Of a stretch of 59,876 bases of DNA, positions 19,653 to 29,412 are shown one piece after another (positions within the stretch are counted from its first letter, which is position 1; each line of letters starts with the position of its first letter). Origin of the DNA: Gemmatimonadales bacterium (GTDB taxonomy: Bacteria; Gemmatimonadota; Gemmatimonadetes; Gemmatimonadales; Gemmatimonadaceae); assembly GCA_038235845.1 (NCBI GenBank), contig JBBSTN010000001.1, forward strand, positions 1 to 59,876, read 5' to 3'. The notes beneath the pieces are model-generated. The model was given only the letters and a program-made list of their open reading frames with translations. It ran no database searches and was not told the DNA's origin. The translations under genes and the position numbers were made by a program.

Positions 19653-21479
19653 ATGCTGTTACGTCTCGATCGGCTTGGGCTGGACGAAAATGCGCTGCTA
19701 CTCACCTTCGCGGTCGCGGTTGGTCTTGCCGCGGCGATTGGAGTGGTAGCGTTTTATCGCGCCATCGACCTTTTCCACGAGGCGCTTTTCGTCTGGCCAG
19801 AGCACGTGCTTTCGCGACTGCCCGCCGACCTGGCACGTCCCATCGTGACTGCGGTGGCCATCGCAGGAGCAGCGTGGATCTGGCGCCGGATTGGGAAGGG
19901 GAACGACGGATTGACCGTCCCAGACGTGCAGCTTGCGGTAGTTCGCCAGCGTGGACGTATTCCGTTCAGGCTCGCATTGGGCAGGACGCTGGCAAGTGCC
20001 ATCACAATTGGTGGTGGCGGGTCGGCCGGCAGCGAAGGGCCCGTAGCCGTGCTTGGCTCCGCGTCCGGTTCGCTGTTCGGCAGGCTCTTCAGATTTTCAC
20101 CGGACAGAACTCGAGTGCTGGTGGGCGCCGGCGTGGCTGCGGGCATTTCAGCGGCATTCAATGCGCCACTGGCGGGCGCTTTCTTCGCGCTCGAGGAAAT
20201 ACTTGGATCGTTTCGGGCGACGACGTTTCCGCCGGTAGTCGTGGCAAGCGTCGTTGGAGCGGTCGTTGCACGTGCGGCTTTCGGAAACCACCCTGCGTTC
20301 CCGATTCCGGAAGAATACGGTTACGCGGCGCTGTCCGAGGTGGCTCTTCTTTTTCCTCTGCTCGGTGTCGTCTGCGGAGTGTCCGCCGCGCTATTTGTTC
20401 GAACGCATTTCGGCATTGCTGCCCAGATATCGCGCCTGCGGGGCGCATATCCTGCTGCCGCTCCCGCAATCCCCTGGGTGGCGGGCGCGCTGGTGGGCGC
20501 AATTGTGCTCGCGTCCAGCGGGTTGATTGTCGGTAACGGACACATTGCCATTCCACTGGCAACCTTTGGCCGAATTGCATGGTGGGCACTGCTGCTGCTG
20601 GGCTTGGGCAAGATTGTGGTGACTGGGCTGACTCTACAGGGCGGCGGTTCGGGTGGGTTGTTCACGCCTTCGCTCTTTGTCGGTGCGGCAATTGGCGGTG
20701 CATTTGGCGTAGCGCTGCGCGATCTGCTGCCTTCCATCGCGATTGCGCCTGAGGCATATGCGCTGGTCGGGATGGGGGCGGTAGTTGCAGCGACAACCGG
20801 CGCTCCCATCACTGCGATATTGCTGGTGTTCGAGATGACTGGCGATTACGCCATCGTACCAGCGTTGATGGTGGCCGTCGGGGTTTGTCATGTCGTCGCT
20901 CGGCGGCTCGAGAAAGACAACCTGTACAGCGGATGGCTGCGGCGACGTGGAGAGAATCTCGCCCGCGGCGCCGATCGCGACCTGCTTTCGGGTTTGACCG
21001 TTGCCGACGCTTACGAGAGGGATGCGCTGGTTGTGGGCGAAGCGGATCCGGTTCATCAGACGCTGCGGCACCTTGGTAATCGCGACCAGGACATTTTCCC
21101 GGTGGTCGACGAGACTGGTAAGCTGCTGGGGGTTCTAACTACCGCCGATCTAGGCTCAGTTGCGCGCGCGGACAGGGCCCTCGACGACGTTCTCGTCGCT
21201 GCCGATATAGCTCAACCGTCCGAGACGGTAGGTCCAAACGACTCGCTGCTGGAGACCGTGCGTCGAATGGGCGTGCGCGGGGTGGGCGCGCTGCCGGTGG
21301 TCGACCCTGAGAGTCAAAAGCTGCTGGGGGTTGTGCACAGAGCGGGCATTCTTGCCGTGTACGAGCGCAGGCTGGCGGCGGGAGGTGAAGCAGGAGTCAA
21401 CGCGGGTTCCGAAGCTGGTGAGGAGTCGGCGTCTACTCGTCCTCGTTCGGTTTCCCCGCCATCACCTGTGCGTGATTGA
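19653..21479 (+). CDS. ClC chloride channel/antiporter with CBS pair
   Basis: GSAGSEGP, AAFNAPLAG, ALEEI, GGLFTP and FEMTG motifs; two CBS domains. Confidence 0.92.
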   Translation: MLLRLDRLGLDENALLLTFAVAVGLAAAIGVVAFYRAIDLFHEALFVWPEHVLSRLPADLARPIVTAVAIAGAAWIWRRIGKGNDGLTVPDVQLAVVRQRGRIPFRLALGRTLASAITIGGGGSAGSEGPVAVLGSASGSLFGRLFRFSPDRTRVLVGAGVAAGISAAFNAPLAGAFFALEEILGSFRATTFPPVVVASVVGAVVARAAFGNHPAFPIPEEYGYAALSEVALLFPLLGVVCGVSAALFVRTHFGIAAQISRLRGAYPAAAPAIPWVAGALVGAIVLASSGLIVGNGHIAIPLATFGRIAWWALLLLGLGKIVVTGLTLQGGGSGGLFTPSLFVGAAIGGAFGVALRDLLPSIAIAPEAYALVGMGAVVAATTGAPITAILLVFEMTGDYAIVPALMVAVGVCHVVARRLEKDNLYSGWLRRRGENLARGADRDLLSGLTVADAYERDALVVGEADPVHQTLRHLGNRDQDIFPVVDETGKLLGVLTTADLGSVARADRALDDVLVAADIAQPSETVGPNDSLLETVRRMGVRGVGALPVVDPESQKLLGVVHRAGILAVYERRLAAGGEAGVNAGSEAGEESASTRPRSVSPPSPVRD

Positions 21480-22308
21480 GTAGTGCCACCAGCGTCACTC
21501 CACCAAGGACGTTCCCCAGTAACGCCAGACTGGCGAAACGAGCAAACTCGAGCCAGGTCGCTTCCCCCGTGGCCACGATGTACAGCACGTCTACCGAACC
21601 TGCAATGCTATGCGTAAGCTGCGCCAGCGAAATGACATAGGTGGGTAGGACGATCATCGCCAGCCGCGAATACTGATTGGCGGGAAGGAGCCAAACCATC
21701 AGCGCAATCAGCCAACCTGCTGCCACGGCCCGGATGAGAAGTGCGCTGGACGACGGTTCGATGACATGTTTGGCGATCTCTGAAAACGCCGCTCGAACGT
21801 CAGGTTGAAAAACCGTCGTCTTGGCCGCCACCCACGCGAAGACTGCCGCACCGATGAGATTTGCCACCAGCACTATCGACCACAGTCGAACAACATCGGG
21901 GAAACGCGAGCGGCTGTGAAGCAGCGGCAAAATTGGCGTCAGCGTGTTCTCTGTAAAAAGTTGCTGACGTGCCCCCACCACAAAAACAAATCCCACCGTA
22001 TATCCAAGCGCTTCCACGAGGACGCGCCATGGGGCATCCGGTAGCGAGGTCCGCAATAGACCCTGAGTGAGTAGCGACAGGCCCATTGTAAGACCCGCGG
22101 CGAGGCCGGACCAGAAAAGTGCCGACGATGTTCGATCGAGCTCTTCTTCCCCCTCGAAGCGGATCGCTTCGTGGACAACACCAGCGCTGATCTGCCGACG
22201 CTGTCTCGCCTGACGATCTTGCTGGGCGGGAGTGTCACCCCGCTTCAGCCGCTCCTTGGTAATGGCTTTCTCGGACTCGGCGTCCGGACTAACAGGTTGA
22301 GATGACAA
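21433..22308 (-). CDS. Formate/nitrite transporter family protein (YfdC-like)
   Basis: EGEEEL, QLFTENT, HSIAGS and GNVLGG; 3' end overlaps the ClC 3' end by 47 nt. Confidence 0.88.
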   Translation of the reverse strand: MSSQPVSPDAESEKAITKERLKRGDTPAQQDRQARQRRQISAGVVHEAIRFEGEEELDRTSSALFWSGLAAGLTMGLSLLTQGLLRTSLPDAPWRVLVEALGYTVGFVFVVGARQQLFTENTLTPILPLLHSRSRFPDVVRLWSIVLVANLIGAAVFAWVAAKTTVFQPDVRAAFSEIAKHVIEPSSSALLIRAVAAGWLIALMVWLLPANQYSRLAMIVLPTYVISLAQLTHSIAGSVDVLYIVATGEATWLEFARFASLALLGNVLGGVTLVALLNHAQVMAGKPNEDE

Positions 22309-22373
22309 GCGAATGAAGTGAAGGGTGAATCAGACAGCGTAGCAACTCTTGCTACATCTACGGCGATGATTTT

Positions 22374-23609
22374 CTACCTGACGAAATTGATGTAGGTGGT
22401 GATTATCATCGCGTTACTGAAGTCGATAAAAAATGCACCTACCATCGGCAGAACCAGATACGCCCTCGGCGCAGCACCGAAGCGTTCGACCAGCGACTCC
22501 ATGTTGGCGACAGCATTTGGTGTGGCGCCCAGCCCGAAACCGCAATGTCCGGCAGACATGACCGCCGCCTCGTAATCCCGCCCCATTACACGGAACGTGA
22601 TGAAGTAGGCAAAAAGTGCCATGATCACCACTTGTACGAACAGAATCACAAGCAACGGGATGGCCAGGTCGAATAGTTCCCAGAGGCGAAGTGACATCAG
22701 GGCCATGGTAAGGAACAGCGAGAGCGCGATGGTTCCGATGTCCTCGACAGTGCGCATGTCGATTCTGATTACCGCGGTGGAGTCGCCAACATTCCGAAAA
22801 ACCGCGGCTACGATCATTGCGCCAATGTAGGCTGGCAAGGTGACGAATTTCCCCAGCGCGCCTGAAAGAATGCCACCCACCGCCATGCACACCAGAATCA
22901 CTGTCAACATCCGGAGAAGACTGAAGGCCGTTGGTGCGTCCCCCGCCGGCTCCCGCTCGATGGGGGAGTCTACCGCTGCCGACTGGGCCGCTAGCATCAT
23001 GTCGCGGTCTGCGGCTAGAGGCGCGGGGCCGTGCAATTTGTGCTTTTGCAGCAGTCTCGTGCCAACCGGCCCGCCCAGTATTCCGCCGCCGACAAGGCCA
23101 AAGGTCGCAGCCGCAATGGCGAGGGGGAGCGCCCCTGCAAGTTGATACTGTTCTTCAAAAAGCTTTCCGAAGGCAGCGCCGGTGCCGTGCCCGCCCGTCA
23201 TTGTCGTCGATCCCGCCAGAAGGCCCAGAAGGGGGTCGAGACCAAGTGCTGATGCAAGCGCAATACCGACGCCCGATTGGATGACTGCGAGGCCGGATGC
23301 GAGGCCCCAGAACAGTATTACCTGGTATCCTCCCCGTCTGAGCAGCGCGAGCGAAGCGCCGAGGCCGATCGAAGTGAAGAATGCGACCATGAGCGGCGTC
23401 TGCAGCGTTGTATCGAACTCGAAAGCGACGATCGAAAACTGGCGAAGCGCCAACGCGATGGCAGCAAACAGAAAGCCACCCACCACGGGCGCCGGAATGT
23501 TGAATCGATCGAGAAATCCTATTCGCTTTCGCACCCCATAGCCGACAAAGAGCAGTACTGCGGCAACGGCGACCGATTGAATCATGTCGAGCTTTATGAC
23601 TGACGCCAT
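22374..23609 (-). CDS. gltS: Sodium/glutamate symporter GltS
   Basis: IPAPVVGG, FFTSIG, MTGGHGTGAA, GFGLGATPNAVANM and VGAFFIDF. Confidence 0.95.
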   Translation of the reverse strand: MASVIKLDMIQSVAVAAVLLFVGYGVRKRIGFLDRFNIPAPVVGGFLFAAIALALRQFSIVAFEFDTTLQTPLMVAFFTSIGLGASLALLRRGGYQVILFWGLASGLAVIQSGVGIALASALGLDPLLGLLAGSTTMTGGHGTGAAFGKLFEEQYQLAGALPLAIAAATFGLVGGGILGGPVGTRLLQKHKLHGPAPLAADRDMMLAAQSAAVDSPIEREPAGDAPTAFSLLRMLTVILVCMAVGGILSGALGKFVTLPAYIGAMIVAAVFRNVGDSTAVIRIDMRTVEDIGTIALSLFLTMALMSLRLWELFDLAIPLLVILFVQVVIMALFAYFITFRVMGRDYEAAVMSAGHCGFGLGATPNAVANMESLVERFGAAPRAYLVLPMVGAFFIDFSNAMIITTYINFVR

Positions 23610-23706
23610 CGAATTAGTCGAAGAAGGGGATATGTCTCTGCTATTCCGAAACTGCGGTTTATCCGATAAAGTGCTTCCTGACCAGAAACCGCAGGCGGAG
23701 ACAAAA

Positions 23707-24342
23707 ATGAAGTTCTACGATCAGCTTATCCAGAACAATAAGGACTGGGTTCAGAGAAGACTCGACGCAGATCCGGAATATTTCGCCAAGCTCGCGAAAG
23801 GGCAAAGTCCCCCGCTTTTGTGGATCGGATGCGCGGATAGTCGTGTGCCCGCCAACGAGATCATCGGGGCCCAGCCGGGTGAAGTATTTGTACATCGCAA
23901 TATCGCCAACATGGTGGTGAACTCCGACATGAACATGTTGAGTGTTCTCGACTACGCGGTGAATGCGCTCAAGGTGAAGCATGTAGTTGTGTGCGGTCAT
24001 TACGGCTGTGGTGGTGTGAAAGCGGCGATGCAGAACAGATCGATTGGCCTCATCGACAATTGGCTGCGGCACATAAAGGATGTTTACCGCCTGCATGCTC
24101 CGGAACTCGATGCCATTGGCGACGAGACAGTCCGGTTCAATCGGTTTGTCGAAGTGAATGTGCAGGAGCAGGTATTCGATCTCGCGAAAACGTCGATAGT
24201 GCAGGCGGCCTGGTACAACAATCAGGAGTTGAGTGTGCACGGTTGGGTATACGGCCTGGACACCGGGATAATCAGGGATCTAGAGGTAAACGTGAGCAGC
24301 AACTCCGAATTGGATAGTGTGTACCAGTTGACCTTCCACTAA
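23707..24342 (+). CDS. can: Beta-class carbonic anhydrase
   Basis: CADSRV, FVHRNIAN and GHYGCGG zinc motifs; GGAG RBS before ATG 23707. Confidence 0.96.
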   Translation: MKFYDQLIQNNKDWVQRRLDADPEYFAKLAKGQSPPLLWIGCADSRVPANEIIGAQPGEVFVHRNIANMVVNSDMNMLSVLDYAVNALKVKHVVVCGHYGCGGVKAAMQNRSIGLIDNWLRHIKDVYRLHAPELDAIGDETVRFNRFVEVNVQEQVFDLAKTSIVQAAWYNNQELSVHGWVYGLDTGIIRDLEVNVSSNSELDSVYQLTFH

Positions 24343-24349
24343 TCCGGTG

Positions 24350-26209
24350 ATGGCAAACAAAGGTTTTTTCTCCAACATCAGCGGCAACGTATTCGGTGGC
24401 ATCACCGCTGGCGTCGTAGCGCTTCCTCTCGCGCTGGCGTTCGGAGTGCAATCAGGTCTTGGCCCAAGCGCGGGGTTGTACGGTGCGATAGTACTTGGAT
24501 TCCTCGCGTCGATATTCGGTGGTACGCCTACGCAGATTTCCGGCCCCACTGCGCCTATGACAGCGGTCTCGATGGTTATCATTGCCGGAATCATTGCTAC
24601 GCACGAAGGCGATGTGCAGAAGGCACTGCCCTACATACTCGTAGTTTTTTTGCTGGCCGGACTGATGCAAATACTCCTCGGCCTCTCGGGCGTGGGCCGG
24701 AATATCCGATACATCCCGTACCCGGTCGTGTCGGGATTCATGACTGCGATCGGCGTGATAATTCTCATCACACAACTTTTGCCGCTCGTTGGCTACTACA
24801 GCCAGAATGACCTGGAGCTGATCGATCGCTTCAAGCCCCGGGCTGAAGCGGAGTTGCTCGATAAGATTCTTCGCGACGAAGCGGGAGAAGGCATTCTCGT
24901 TCTCGAAGATTTCAGGGAAACCGTATCGAGAGCGGAGCGCATTACCGAAGAAGAGGTGCTGGTTGAAGCAAGATCGCTGGCCAAAGCGCAAAGTTCTGGC
25001 GTTGTCGGGGCATTAGGTACACTGCCCAGAGCAATAGGTCGGACTAACCTGCTCGAACTGTTTATTGCATTGACTACGATCGCTATCATTTATCTGTTCA
25101 AGCGCATAACAACCGCCATTCCCAGCACTCTGGTTGCACTGCTTGCCGTATCGGGTGCTGCATATTTTCTGAATCTCGATTATCGACCTATCGAGGCAAT
25201 ACCCGCAGGTATTCCGCTTCCCGTACTCGGCATTTTCTCGGCGTTCAGTTTCGATGAGCTGAGCCCATACGTGTTCACCGCGTTCACGCTCGCGTTTCTT
25301 GGTGCTATCGATTCGCTGCTCACGTCGGTCGTGGCTGACAACATGACCAAGACCAAGCATAATCCAAATCGTGAATTGATCGGTCAGGGCATCGGCAATA
25401 GTTTCGCGGCCGTGTTTGGCGGTCTCCCAGGTGCTGGAGCTACGATTCGAACGGTAGTCAATATCAAAGCCGGCGCCACCTCCGGTCTGTCTGGCATCGT
25501 TGCCGCAATCGTTCTCCTGCTTACGCTGCTGGTCCTTGGTCCTGTCGCCTCGCAGATCCCTGCAGCGGTACTCGCCGGAATTCTGATCACCGTTGGATTT
25601 GGCGTGATGGACTACAAGGGCCTCAAGGCCATTCCCAAAATGCAGCGCAGCGAAGTCGCAGTGATGATTGTCGTGCTTCTGCTTTCGATCTTCTGGAATC
25701 TCGTGTATGCAGTCGGCGTCGGCCTGGTGATGGCGGCGCTCATCTTCATGAAGAAAATGGGCGACCTGACCGCCAGCCATTCCAAGGTCGTGAAACTCGA
25801 TTATGCGGACGAGCTCAACATGGCCTGGAATGATGAGGGAGACTTTCCGCAATATCTCAAGGAAGAGGTGTTCGTAAAGCGTCTGGAAGGGCCGCTGTTC
25901 TTTGGTTACACGGCCGACTTTCAGCAGCTCTCAAAGGAAATTCCCGACTCGGCGCGTCATATCATCATCCGTATGGAGAAGGTGTTATATGTGGATCAAT
26001 CCGGCCTCTACGCGATGGAGGAGGTCCTCCTCGATCTGCACCAACGCGGAATCGAACCAATATTTGAGAACCTCGCTCCCCAGCCCCGCATGATGATGGA
26101 GAAAATCGACATCATTCCCGACTTGGTGCCGAGGGAGCGGATACTCCAGAATTTTCGGGAAGCGATCGCGTATATCAGGTCCAACGTGGCGGACACAATG
26201 TCGCGATAG
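24350..26209 (+). CDS. SulP/SLC26 anion (probably bicarbonate) transporter with STAS domain
   Basis: ALPLALAFG, QISGPT, PVVSGF, ELIGQG, GATIRT, GPLFFG and DQSG; 7 nt after can. Confidence 0.93.
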   Translation: MANKGFFSNISGNVFGGITAGVVALPLALAFGVQSGLGPSAGLYGAIVLGFLASIFGGTPTQISGPTAPMTAVSMVIIAGIIATHEGDVQKALPYILVVFLLAGLMQILLGLSGVGRNIRYIPYPVVSGFMTAIGVIILITQLLPLVGYYSQNDLELIDRFKPRAEAELLDKILRDEAGEGILVLEDFRETVSRAERITEEEVLVEARSLAKAQSSGVVGALGTLPRAIGRTNLLELFIALTTIAIIYLFKRITTAIPSTLVALLAVSGAAYFLNLDYRPIEAIPAGIPLPVLGIFSAFSFDELSPYVFTAFTLAFLGAIDSLLTSVVADNMTKTKHNPNRELIGQGIGNSFAAVFGGLPGAGATIRTVVNIKAGATSGLSGIVAAIVLLLTLLVLGPVASQIPAAVLAGILITVGFGVMDYKGLKAIPKMQRSEVAVMIVVLLLSIFWNLVYAVGVGLVMAALIFMKKMGDLTASHSKVVKLDYADELNMAWNDEGDFPQYLKEEVFVKRLEGPLFFGYTADFQQLSKEIPDSARHIIIRMEKVLYVDQSGLYAMEEVLLDLHQRGIEPIFENLAPQPRMMMEKIDIIPDLVPRERILQNFREAIAYIRSNVADTMSR

Positions 26210-26276
26210 ATTGCCGTCCGCGACCAGATGTTATACCTTCCCTAGGTAACCGATAGGAACATGGGAAGGAGGCAAC

Positions 26277-27439
26277 ATGAACGCAATCGAATCGCGCCAG
26301 ACCACCAGTCCGTATTTCGCACGAGCGCGTGCCACAGTCGCAACTCTTGCAGCAGCTACGCTTCTCGGCGCTGGCGGCATCACGAGAGAGCCCGACTCCG
26401 GAGCTCTCCTGTCAATCTCGCCGATGCACGAGACTCGCTTCTCGCACACGGCCACAACCCTGCGAGATGGCAGAGTTCTGGTTGTCGGTGGCACGGCAAA
26501 CTCATCGCCAGCGGAAACCGTGAGTGAGCTATTCGATCCCGAGTCCCGAAAATTTTCCGCCGCCGGCCCCATGATAACGCCGAGGAAAAGTCACTCGGCT
26601 ACACTGCTTCGAGATGGTCGCGTGCTCGTGGCGGGTGGCTATGACGATAGCGGTGCTATCTGAAGAGCGCAGAGCTGTACGACCCCGCCACCGGGAAGTT
26701 CACGAGGGCCCGACAGATGACGGTATGTCGTGCAGATCACGTCGCGGTGGAGCTTCTCGACGGAACGATTCTTTTTGTTGGCGGAGTAGGCACCGGCTGG
26801 ACTTTTCTCGCGAGCGCTGAGCTCTACGATCCTGTGTCTGGCAGATTCAGACCAACAGGCTCAATGCAAATGTCCAGAGAAAGCCATGCCGTCGTCCGGC
26901 TTACTGACGGCCAAGTTCTGGTGGTTGGTGGTCATCAGGGCAGGAGGACTGACATCCAGATCTATTCAAGTGCGGAAATCTACGACCCGTCGAAGTCAAC
27001 GTTTACGAACGCGGGAAATATGGGAGTCAGACGTCACAAGCATGAGGCAACTCTCCTGGCTGACGGACGCGTTCTCATTGCAGGCGGGGCAGACGAAAGA
27101 GACAGCCGGGGCGTGTACAGCAGCGCGGAGATATTCGACGCGCGCAGCAATACGTTTCACGTGATCCGCGACATGAACGTCGGTCGATACAAACATCGGG
27201 GCACGGCCGTGATGCTGAATGATGCGCGGATTCTGTTCGCTGGAGGAGCATCTCGCGCGGAGCTGTTTGACCCGATCAGCAACAGTTTTGCGATTGTCTC
27301 CGGGGCCGCGAATTTATCCGGTCAATTCTCCGCCACCGCTCGTCTTCATGATGGCAGCGTACTCATAACAGGCGGATACAGCAACGGCGAGTCGGCGACG
27401 GCGGGCGCGTGGCTGTATCACACCGCAGCCCGGGAGTAG
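26277..27439 (+). pseudogene. Kelch/galactose-oxidase-type beta-propeller protein with a 1-nt frameshift near 26656
   Basis: Repeats of HxATLLxDGRVLVxGG...AELYDP. One added base restores YLKSAELYDP and joins ORFs 26277-26663 and 26717-27439. Confidence 0.85.
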
Positions 27440-27506
27440 CGTCGAAGTGCTTCCGCGACTTTCCTTTCTTTACGTGTGACAGGAAATAACTCATCGGGGA
27501 GAGTCA

Positions 27507-27914
27507 ATGAACGGGAAGAACTCAGAAAGCAACTGGAAGCCCGACGCCTATACGAGCGTTTCGCCGTACCTGATAGTTAGCGGTGCAGATCATACCATCG
27601 AGTTTCTCAGGAAGGTATTTGCTGCGGAGTTGCTTCGGCGAATTCCGGATTCGAATGACGAAAGCCGGGTGATGCACGCTGAAGTAAGAATAGACGATTC
27701 TGTTGTGATGATTGCGGACGGCGGCGACGGCTGGCCACCTGTCAATGCAAATGTGCATGTATACGTCGAGCACGTTGACGAAACGTTTCGAAAAGCGCTC
27801 GATGCTGGCGCCGAATCAATACAGGCGCCTTTACAGAAGTCCGACGAAGACAAGCGCGGCGGTGTGAAAGACGCTGGTGGAACCACCTGGTGGATTGCTA
27901 CAAGAGTCGGTTGA
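27507..27914 (+). CDS. VOC/glyoxalase (PhnB-like) protein
   Basis: VSPYL, MHAEVRIDDS, ALDAGA and GGVKDAGGTTWWIAT. Confidence 0.9.
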   Translation: MNGKNSESNWKPDAYTSVSPYLIVSGADHTIEFLRKVFAAELLRRIPDSNDESRVMHAEVRIDDSVVMIADGGDGWPPVNANVHVYVEHVDETFRKALDAGAESIQAPLQKSDEDKRGGVKDAGGTTWWIATRVG

Positions 27915-27915
27915 A

Positions 27916-28791
27916 ATGAGCAGCGATCGTTTCTGGCCGTCGGACGAGGTAATACCTGATCGCTGGCCTCCATGGAGAAAGCAGCTCCATGGGATAGTCT
28001 TTGGCCACGAAACGTCGACTGGCAAGGCTTTTGACCTGGCGCTGATCGCCGCCATTCTGCTCAGTGTAGTGGCGGTGCTGATGGACTCCGTCAGCTCCGT
28101 GCGCGAGCGGTTCGGGTTCGCGCTTTATACGATCGAGTGGGTTTTTACTCTGTTGTTTACAGTCGAGTACATACTGAGGCTGATTTGTTCACCCAGGCCT
28201 GCGCAATACGCACGAAGTTTTTTTGGAGTGGTCGACCTGGCGTCGATACTGCCAACCTTCCTGAGCCTGGTCATGCCGGGAACGCAGTACTTTCAGATTA
28301 TTCGTGTTCTTCGTGTGCTTCGCGTATTCCGTGTCCTCAAACTGGCGGAGTACATCGGCGAAGCGGATGTGTTGATGGTGGCCATACGCAACAGCCGCCG
28401 GAAACTTGCGATTTTCATCGCCACAGTACTTGTGCTCGCCGTCATATTTGGCGCGGCGATGTACCTGGTGGAAGGGCGCACTCACGGGTTCACGAGCATT
28501 CCCCAGTCGGTGTATTGGACAATCGTCACCATTACGACCGTTGGATACGGCGACATCGCACCTGAGACACCGCTCGGACAGAGTCTCGCGTCCGTTATCA
28601 TGTTGCTGGGCTACGCAATCGTGGCAGTGCCGACAGGAATCGTAACGGTGGAGCTCACGCGGGGCCGCGCACAGCACAACAGGCGTTGCGCTACCTGTGG
28701 CTTTGGTGAGCACGACAGGGATGCGCAGTTCTGCAAGCTATGTGGTTCACGAGTACCCCTTCCGGGCGGGAAACTGCTGGACACTCAGTGA
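27916..28791 (+). CDS. 6-TM voltage-gated potassium channel with C-terminal CxxC...CxxC
   Basis: S4 segment RVLRVLRVFRVLK; pore TITTVGYGD. Confidence 0.93.
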   Translation: MSSDRFWPSDEVIPDRWPPWRKQLHGIVFGHETSTGKAFDLALIAAILLSVVAVLMDSVSSVRERFGFALYTIEWVFTLLFTVEYILRLICSPRPAQYARSFFGVVDLASILPTFLSLVMPGTQYFQIIRVLRVLRVFRVLKLAEYIGEADVLMVAIRNSRRKLAIFIATVLVLAVIFGAAMYLVEGRTHGFTSIPQSVYWTIVTITTVGYGDIAPETPLGQSLASVIMLLGYAIVAVPTGIVTVELTRGRAQHNRRCATCGFGEHDRDAQFCKLCGSRVPLPGGKLLDTQ

Positions 28792-28809
28792 GTGATATTC
28801 GTGCGCTCG

Positions 28810-28853
28810 AACAAATCGAGACGTCCGGCTGAAGCCGGACGCCTCGATTTGTT
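28810..28853. terminator. Long hairpin, likely bidirectional terminator
   Basis: AACAAATCGAG-A-CGTCCGGCT GA AGCCGGACG-C-CTCGATTTGTT: about 20-bp stem with one mismatch, between convergent genes. Confidence 0.8.
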
Positions 28854-28886
28854 TGACGCTTTGAAGCAGTAATTCTTCGGGATCGG

Positions 28887-29282
28887 CTACGGCTGTCGTT
28901 TCGCCGCAAACGGGATGGAGCCCATTCCCTGGGGCAGGTCGAGCTGACCGTCGATCGAGTCTTTGTCCTTCAAAAGGCCTGCGCCGTACAACTCGAGAAC
29001 ATTTCCCTGCATGTCGACGGAAAAGGTGAAGCGAACAGTGTCTCCCTTGACCGTTCCAACGAGGTTTCGAGTGCCGATCTGCTCCATCTCAATGGTGCCG
29101 CTGAGAGAGTCGCCACTTTGCTTGAAGTTCACGGTCGACTGACTCGTGTTGCCTTGCATCGAAATGCTCATCAACCATTTGCCGGAAAGGTCTGCAAGCG
29201 CGCGTTGGGCGGCTACAGTGACGGAGGCGAGTGAAAACATGACTGCGAAGGCGACCAAACGCCCGGAAGACAGATTTTTCAT
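28887..29282 (-). CDS. Hypothetical secreted beta-rich protein
   Basis: Signal peptide; DLSGKW...LSGT...PFAAKR. Confidence 0.7.
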   Translation of the reverse strand: MKNLSSGRLVAFAVMFSLASVTVAAQRALADLSGKWLMSISMQGNTSQSTVNFKQSGDSLSGTIEMEQIGTRNLVGTVKGDTVRFTFSVDMQGNVLELYGAGLLKDKDSIDGQLDLPQGMGSIPFAAKRQP

Positions 29283-29412
29283 GAGAGGAAAGGATGGAGA
29301 CGAAGTGGAAAGCAGAAAATGCGGCGTGGCTCAGGAAGGACGATTAACACCGTTGCCAATAATTAGATCCTTTGGCAGAGTCGGTCGCAAGATGGGATCG
29401 ACGGGTGAAGCG

